NCBI GenBank assembly: GCA_973895155.1
Contig: OZ316895.1
Location: forward strand, 23,830,281-23,894,280
Reading direction: 5' to 3'
Source of the DNA: Marsupella aquatica
Taxonomy: Eukaryota; Plantae; Marchantiophyta
Length of the DNA stretch: 64,000 bases
Notes under the pieces: model-generated
Told to the model about the DNA's origin: nothing
Databases searched by the model: none
The model's input: only the letters and a program-made list of their open reading frames with translations
Made by a program: the position numbers and the translations under genes
Part shown: piece by piece, positions 57,414 through 64,000 of the stretch
Numbering within the stretch: the stretch's first letter is position 1
Layout of the letters: every line of letters starts with the position of its first letter

Positions 57414-58619
57414 CTATCCACTTAAATTACTGATAGTTGCTTCGATGTCATTGCCACCATACTTCATCTTTGCAAGCTCGACCTGCGTTTGCATGAACAG
57501 TTGCATTCTCTGCAGCTCTAGGTCTCGAGTGAATTCCATCCGAATCTTCTCCAAATCCATGAGCTGCTTCTGCTTCGACTGCTCCATTTTTTCGTAAATC
57601 TCCCCAAATTTGCTGATGGCTTTAGCCAAAGTTTTGAAGGGAACATCCATATTCTTCCGCTTCCGAGTGCTGCTTTGGGTGCCATCTGTGCCTCGGGCAT
57701 TCTGAGGAGAGCTGTAGGTCATGTCAGGGCTCTCCTTGGATCTTGAGCAAGTCGATGCATTGTTCGGTCCTGCGGGGCCCTCTACTTCAAACTTCCTCAC
57801 ACCTTTCAAGTGCTCTCCCCTAAAACTATCCACAGCGGAGGACTTTACAGGCTGACCTGCGTCCACTGCACCGGGAATACCTGCCTGTTTGGTGGTGGCA
57901 CTGAGAAGTTTGTCCAGCTGCTTGTAGAAGGGCCACTTGCTGTCAGTGCTGCCAATGGCAGACTGCTTCTGCTTCTCCACTTTATACTTCTTCTTCAACG
58001 TGTCCAACCTGTTCTTGCATTGCACATCCGTTTTGTGAACCTTGCTCATGGAGCTGACCACCATTGCCACCTCCTCCCAGTCCTCCTGCTTTAGGTTGCC
58101 CTTGTTCAGCTGCACATACCTCTCACCCCACGCATCCAGTAAAGTATATGTAGCTGGCTCTGTCCAGTCGTCCCTTATGGTGGGCTTAATGTCCACACCC
58201 ACCTGCTGCTGCTGGGGCACTTCCATTCTCTCAGCTTGCTGCAGCTGAGAAGCACCCGGACTGACCAGACGGGCTGCAAGTGATGCCAACCCATTGCTAA
58301 GATTACCAGGCACTCCTACTCTTTCACCCCTTTGTTCCAATTCGAAGTCTTGATCGTAATTATGCTGTTCTTGGTCTCCACGATCCTCATCCTCATCCTC
58401 GTCATCTTCATCCTCGTCGTCCTCATCGTCGTCCATAGCATCCTCCTCCATACCCCCTTCTTCTGCTTCTTCTTCTTCTTCTCCTTCTTCTTCTACTTCG
58501 TCTTCTGCATCTTCTTCTTCCTCATCCTCTTCTTCATCGTCCGCAGCATTCACACCCTCTTGCTGTTTCTGCTCGTGGGAATAACCGGACTGGCAGAAAT
58601 CTTTCGTTCTGCACTCCAT
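57414..58619 (-). CDS. Trihelix transcription factor, SIP1/ASIL clade, with an acidic N-terminal tract
   Basis: Myb/SANT-like trihelix DDWTEPATYTLLDAWGERY...LKQEDWEEVA...KTDVQCKNRLDTLKKKYK...WPFY, and C-terminal coiled coil LAKAISKFGEIYEKME...LEKIRMEF.RDLELQRMQ. Confidence 0.93.
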   Translation of the reverse strand: MECRTKDFCQSGYSHEQKQQEGVNAADDEEEDEEEEDAEDEVEEEGEEEEEAEEGGMEEDAMDDDEDDEDEDDEDEDEDRGDQEQHNYDQDFELEQRGERVGVPGNLSNGLASLAARLVSPGASQLQQAERMEVPQQQQVGVDIKPTIRDDWTEPATYTLLDAWGERYVQLNKGNLKQEDWEEVAMVVSSMSKVHKTDVQCKNRLDTLKKKYKVEKQKQSAIGSTDSKWPFYKQLDKLLSATTKQAGIPGAVDAGQPVKSSAVDSFRGEHLKGVRKFEVEGPAGPNNASTCSRSKESPDMTYSSPQNARGTDGTQSSTRKRKNMDVPFKTLAKAISKFGEIYEKMEQSKQKQLMDLEKIRMEFTRDLELQRMQLFMQTQVELAKMKYGGNDIEATISNLSG

Positions 58620-60629
58620 TAGATTTACTCACCCAACTCAACAACATGTACACTCGGTCGCTTCTCAACGGAATCCAATACCTTTCAGGATTTGCAGGCT
58701 GAATACTCTGGAGGATCTTGGATTTAGGTTCCCGGACTGCTCGCCCTGTCAAACCACCAGGGACATGAACGACACTCGGCAGAAGAATCCCCAGACGAAT
58801 TGTTGACCGTGAAATGCTGTGAGTTGGAGCTGGAAGCGATCTCGATCAATGAAGATACTCGTTGCTCAACGACTGAAAAATGTGGGCTTCAGTGAAGAGG
58901 GCTAAAACATCTTGGAGCCTGTCTCTTCTCTGTGGCTGTCTATCTGTCTTCTTGTTGTTCAGCAATCATTTTGCTAGCTGCCCGCTAACATAAGAACGCC
59001 CACCCTGCCCGTTAGAAATAACTTTATATCCTCCCCCGGGGCATAATTTTGTAGCGGGCAGCCAAACTGGTCTGTTTATACTCGACAGATCTGCCCTGAT
59101 GTCTTGAATACACGCGACATAACCCCCTCGGGCTGCCCATCTCTGTAATTAATTTTTAAATTCTGTTCTTTGAAAGGAGCACTTTATAAAACCCAAATAA
59201 GCCCGGAGTAAAAAGCCAGATCAAAAAGAAAAATTCAAAGGCCACGGACCACTCAACTACCAGACACATCCAGACGTGAGCACAGGAGAAAAAATGACAC
59301 TAAGAAGGGCTAAGGCGACAAAAACTCACGCATCCAAAGTCACCAAACTAAACAGCTAAAACAAATGCAAATGTGAGGGCCAGACTCAGTCTCCTCCACA
59401 GAACCAAATGCACTCTCTTTAGTATTGTACATTGTATCAAGTCAGACCTGAGGGGCAAGTTGACGGCTGGCCAAGCAAGTAAAATAGTCAAATAATGACC
59501 AACCAACTTGCAATTTGATGCATGTTCTGTCTGATTCTCCCCGACTCTCCCGGACCCCTCGACTTGACCCAGCCCAAACCCCAGCCCCAGCCCACCCAAA
59601 TCCAGCCCGGACTTCCCCTGATCCGATCCTGGCTCAACCGAACCCAGCCCAGACTACCCCAGACCCTGCCTGGACCCCACCTGGACCCTGCCCCATCCCA
59701 CCGCCCCAGTCCAAACACTTTTAACACCCGGCCCAAATCCGGCCCGACCCTGCCCCCGATTCCGGGAGACAGGGGCGACCCGGATGACTTATGACGGCCT
59801 CCAACGCCCAATTTGACTAGCAAGGTCAAACCGGGCATTCTGCAGGTAGCGGGTGCCAAGAATCATTATTAATTAGTTCATGGACCCCTTGGCTAATAAA
59901 ATCAGGGTGAAGAGTCGATCTGAGCCGTCTCTATTTCTTATCTCCGGAAATCTCGTCCGTCCATCATAATGGCCAATCTATGGCTCAAAAGAAAGATCTC
60001 AAATAGATCTATGGATGGTTTCTGTCCGTTTTGCAAATGGGTTAATATTTTTCAAATGAAAAATTAAACAAATCCAAGCCTTCCTAGCCGTTTTGTTAAT
60101 GTTACGATCTTTGCCATCCATTTTGTAATGCCTCTAGAAATCTTATTCATCCATGTTAGAAGGCGATCTAGGGTGCAAAAGAAAGATCTCAATGAGACCT
60201 ACGACTGGGTATTTTTTGTTTTGAGAATGATTAAATAATTTTGAGTATAAAATTTGATAAACTTTCAAGATTCCAACCATTCATCCTCCTCGATCCTGGG
60301 TTTCTATGTGCTCTTCCCAGCATTAATGGCCATACAATACGAGAGGTCCTTATATACCGGGAATTGCGATTTAACAAGGAAGTTATCAATTTAGTTATTA
60401 ATCATTATTTATTATATGAAAATATTTTTTATAAATCTTTGAATTTAAGTTTTAAAATTGGAAATGTAACTAAAATGGTTACATAGTGACAGTTTTAACT
60501 GTCTTGCTTTCTGCATTTCCAATGTTTTTACTTTTCTTTTTATAGGATGGCGCCCCAAAATCTACACCCAAATTCACAAACACGAATGAAAACTATAATT
60601 TTGATTCACAAAATCGATTAGTCTTGTTT

Positions 60630-60830
60630 GTTACGGTTGTTGTTGACGTGGCAAGCTGTGGTGCCAGGAATTTTGGAAGGGACCTCTAGTGAGATCCATA
60701 CGGTTGTTGTTGCCGTGGCAAGTTGTGGTGCCAGGAATTTTGGAAGGGACCTCTAGTGGAGTACTTATGGTTGTTGTTGAGTGACAAGCTGTGGTGTCAG
60801 GAATTTTGGAAGGGACCTTTAGTGGAGTCA
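60630..60830. repeat. Three-copy ~68-bp tandem repeat
   Basis: GGTTGTTGTTG..GTGGCAAG.TGTGGTGCCAGGAATTTTGGAAGGGACCTCTAGTG occurs three times. Confidence 0.88.
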
Positions 60831-61089
60831 GTAATTAATGATTTTCCAAGGGAATTGTATGACTTGTAAAAAATTCCTGGGCTGCCCGACTCTGTCCCTT
60901 CAAGAATCGGGACCAGTCCTGGGGCGCCCTACCGTGGGCACCACAAAAACGGTCTTTTCAAGAATCAAAACATCAAGTCCCAGGATCCGGGCCGACTCTG
61001 CCCCCCTGCCCCAATCAACCCGAATCTGCCCTGCCCGCTCCAAGCGCGACATCGGGCTGCGAGAAATGACAGCAGCCAAGGGGGAGTAT

Positions 61090-61272
61090 AAACGCTTCTG
61101 AACAGCAGTGGACTAGTTTATTCACAGTGGGCTTTGCTCGTGAGCTTGACTGACGAAACGCTTCTGAACAGCAGTGGACTAGTTTATTCACAGTGGGCTT
61201 TGCTCGTGAGCTTGATTGACGAAAGGGATTCTGAACCACAGTATCGCCAATTTTGGGCTTGCTCGTGAGCTG
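61090..61272. repeat. ~66-bp tandem repeat (2 full copies and 1 degenerate) at the 5' end of RRP17
   Basis: AAACGCTTCTGAACAGCAGTGGACTAGTTTATTCACAGTGGGCTTTGCTCGTGAGCTTGA is repeated. Confidence 0.85.
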
Positions 61273-61322
61273 GGCTTGATCGGCTAAAGGAAAGGAAGAG
61301 CACCCATCTGCCTTTTGTTGCG

Positions 61323-62712
61323 ATGGAGGACGAAGCGGATGACGATGTTGCGAGAAATCATGTGTCCAAACGATCTCGTTACAACAAGAGCACGGCGGTC
61401 GTCTTTGATGATGAAGACAGAGTGTACGTGTTGTCTCTTATTTCTCTCCGCCCTCTTTCTCTCAAGTTCAAGCTTTAGGTCTGGGAGCTGGGAATGTGTT
61501 CGAGGAAGTACTTGAAGTACCGAGAAGAGACCTTTTCCGCTGTGACTACTTTAGGGTTTTCTAGCATGCCCAATTTGATAATGGACGCAATGAATTTCGG
61601 CACCGAGGCTGAGAATTGATGTGCGTGATTCTCGACGAGATTTGTGATTCAATTTGACAAAACATGCTGCTGGAAATGTGCATTCTAAAATGTTGAGTTC
61701 GGGAATATTGGTGGCGTTCAGGGAGTTTCTCTCTGGTTTTCGGAAGAGAAAGGAGAAAAGACGGCAGGCCGCTGAGCAACAGAAGCAATACAAGGAGAGG
61801 CAAAAGAGGATTCAGGATCGTCGGGAGGTATTCATGTCTTTGCGCTCTCCTGATTAAACCAGCGGCTGCAGTTTTTCAGGGAAGGTCAGGTCTGCAACTT
61901 TGCTCTTTCGTTTAGGGTTTAGGGTTTAGGGTTTGAGGATCAAGGTTGAAACGGAAAAACGGTCCAAATTACTTGTGCGTGTAAGACAGCAATATCACCA
62001 GTGACTCTATTTGATCGGAGATGAAAATTGCCTTCATGCTGACTCCTGGGCCATAACTCATAGAACTTTGATTGCTTTAATTGTCTTTATGAAAGCATAT
62101 TGACTCTGCTGACAAGATGGGTCTTTGCGTGTATTCATCCTTGAAATTGAAATCAGAGGCGAGCTGCATTGAAAGAGGCCAAAGGAGAAACTGCAGTTAT
62201 TGAAGACGGAGCGCAAATCGACGGCGAGGATGAGTTAGCTGAAGCAATCACAAAGGATGTCTCTGGTATGAAGCTCCTTTTGAAGAAATATGAAATCATA
62301 GGAGGGAAGAATGCAGTTAGAAGTAAAAGAATTGGGAGAAAACTGAGCGACACAATTGCCAGATTATGTAGCTCGTTTGAGCAAGCTTTGAACGACTCGA
62401 GAAGTGCCAAGACAATGAGCGCTGATTCATGGCTGTCTCGCAGGTACTGCCACTTACGATGATAAAGAGACCACCACTGTAGTGCGCGTGACTACAATAA
62501 CGGCAGAGGACGAAGACCAGGAAACGGAGGAACGACCTGTAAGGAAGGCTGATAGACATGCTGCCATATCGCAAAAGTTAAAACCAGTGAAGGTGAAATT
62601 TAAGAAGCCGAAGAAAGTTCAGTCAGAAAAGCGAATGAGAAAGTTGACACGGCGGGAGAAATCAATGCCGAAGAACTTGAGGTCGCGGAGAGATAAGAAG
62701 CGGAAGAAGTGA
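61323..62712 (+). CDS. RRP17: Ribosomal RNA-processing protein 17 / nucleolar protein 12 (Nop25 family); exons 61323-61423, 61722-61827, 62157-62265, 62444-62712
   Basis: The spliced translation ...VVFDDEDRV/EFLSGFRKRKEKRRQAAEQQ...ERQKRIQDRRE/RRAALKE... matches the Nop25 motif FD.....E(Y/F)L(T/S)GF.KRK..RR. The C-terminus is Lys-rich. All introns are GT-AG and in phase. Confidence 0.85.
61911..61934. promoter_or_regulatory. Interstitial telomere repeat / telo-box (TTTAGGG)3 in RRP17 intron 2, plus a single TTAGGGTTT at ~61551 in intron 1
   Basis: TTTAGGGTTTAGGGTTTAGGGTTT. Telo-boxes are known to be enriched in plant ribosome-biogenesis genes. Confidence 0.6.
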
Positions 62713-64000
62713 TTCCTGTACTCCAGATTTCAGCACGGCGGGCTTGAGTAGATAGAGGTCACAAGCTTCCAGGAGCTTTCAAGGCTTGTCGGCTTCTCAA
62801 ATTCAGTTTGGGGATGAAACTGTCGAGTTTTGCTCCTGTGCCTCTTATTAGAATGAAGAAGCCCGTGAAGCCAAATTGCATAGTTTTCCTTTGAGGCAAA
62901 TGGAATCATAGCCAGATGAAGAAGCTGTCCTCTTTAAGGATAGAGGAAATCTGTGCGTTGACGGGTAATTGAGGCACCGATGGACTTGATTTGTATGATT
63001 CAGATGTGGATCAGGTCCTGCTTAACAGGAGGAAGAAGCACTCTGGAATAGATAGGGCAAAGTTCGATGGTGTAAGATCAAATTGACGGAACGTCTGACT
63101 TGGGAGAGGAAATATTGGCGTGGTGCGGGATTGGGACTAGATTGGAAAACTCATGAGGACCGACAAGAGAAGTACGAACATGAGGACTTCTGATGAGGTG
63201 TAGAGTTGACGGAGAGGCTTAGTATTGAGGAAGTGGAAGAGTTTTGGGATAAGGAAGAGTAGGATGCTTCCGCGAGAAATAGTGGCAGTTTGTTTTACCT
63301 GCTACCACGCAAAAGAGTATCCAAGATTGCCCTGTTTGGTGCAGTGAGTTTTTTCTCATCGTTGCGACGATGATCTCCGGGTGTGAATGTCACGGTGACT
63401 TTCAGAGCTTTGCTCATCAATGCAAGGCTCGGTTTTCCTTGCTCTGAGAGAAGCAAATTTAGTCCTGGTCGAGCGTTGATTTTCTTCACCTGGCTGTTGC
63501 TTCACTGTTGAAATTCATCATGCGTATGTATCAAGCACGGGCACCATGGCCGATAGGATCTTCGCTTTTTTCAGTGGCCATCAGGTTATTTTGAAGGTTG
63601 CTCGTGTTGACTGTGTTGGGACGTTTTGGGGATAGCGGGGACTTTTGGAAAGACCTTTCGTTTGCTCCTCCTGTGAGTATAATGCCCTTCTTTTGTGGAT
63701 CCAACTTTCATGAAATATCTGTGGATCAGAATTCAGTCAAAAAATAGTCAAATACGCAGCCGAATTCGGAGACTTATGTCAGTTCTTCCTGAAACCCAGT
63801 CAATTGTTCCGGACCAGTTGAGGATTGCTGAGGTCTGATTTCATACAAAATGAAGTACAATACATCCATGCAACTGCATTTGGACAGGTCAACCCAACAT
63901 CAGCCAAAATTGGTCTTTCGCCCACGGATAACTGATATCCAACGTACAAAATAAAAAAGCCAGTATAGCCAATTACACACACTTACCCCAAAACAGGCTA

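Noticed and set aside
59488-59859. Pro-rich and Gly-rich ORFs on both strands
   Set aside because: They are by-products of a C-rich low-complexity tract, probably TE-derived subterminal DNA whose ends could not be defined.
61911-61934. Chromosome end or telomere fusion
   Set aside because: There are only three units, inside an intron of a ribosome-biogenesis gene, which fits a telo-box.
62900-64000. Short minus-strand ORFs at the window end
   Set aside because: No recognisable motifs or consistent exon chain.

Overview
This is eukaryotic, intron-rich nuclear DNA from a non-seed land plant. A bryophyte with organellar C-to-U editing is the best inference, from the moss-type PLS-DYW PPR, bryophyte-type TE proteins and TTTAGGG telo-boxes. 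Host genes are a PLS-class PPR-DYW protein, an SGNH/GDSL esterase, an organellar isoleucyl-tRNA synthetase, a TPR-SET protein, a SIP1/ASIL trihelix factor and RRP17/NOL12. Mobile and decayed DNA comprises the right 6 kb of a multi-ORF PIF/Harbinger element, a complete MULE with ~520-bp TIRs and a 10-bp TSD, an internally deleted Copia element, a related solo LTR, a LINE fragment, a frameshifted UVSSA fragment and many short tandem arrays. The most notable observations are: (1) the PPR-DYW gene splices in frame onto degenerate 5' exons of mitochondrial HSP60, giving a chimeric gene with a borrowed presequence; (2) the MULE carries a convergent second gene with an RNase H1-type hybrid/dsRNA-binding (Cauli_VI) domain; (3) there is an intronless RNase H1 of the non-plant type; (4) there is a Crinkler-like REase+kinase gene; (5) two copies of a small element with short direct-repeat ends and a terminal hairpin may be a non-autonomous HUH/Replitron-like family. 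All calls come from reading motifs by eye; no database searches were run.
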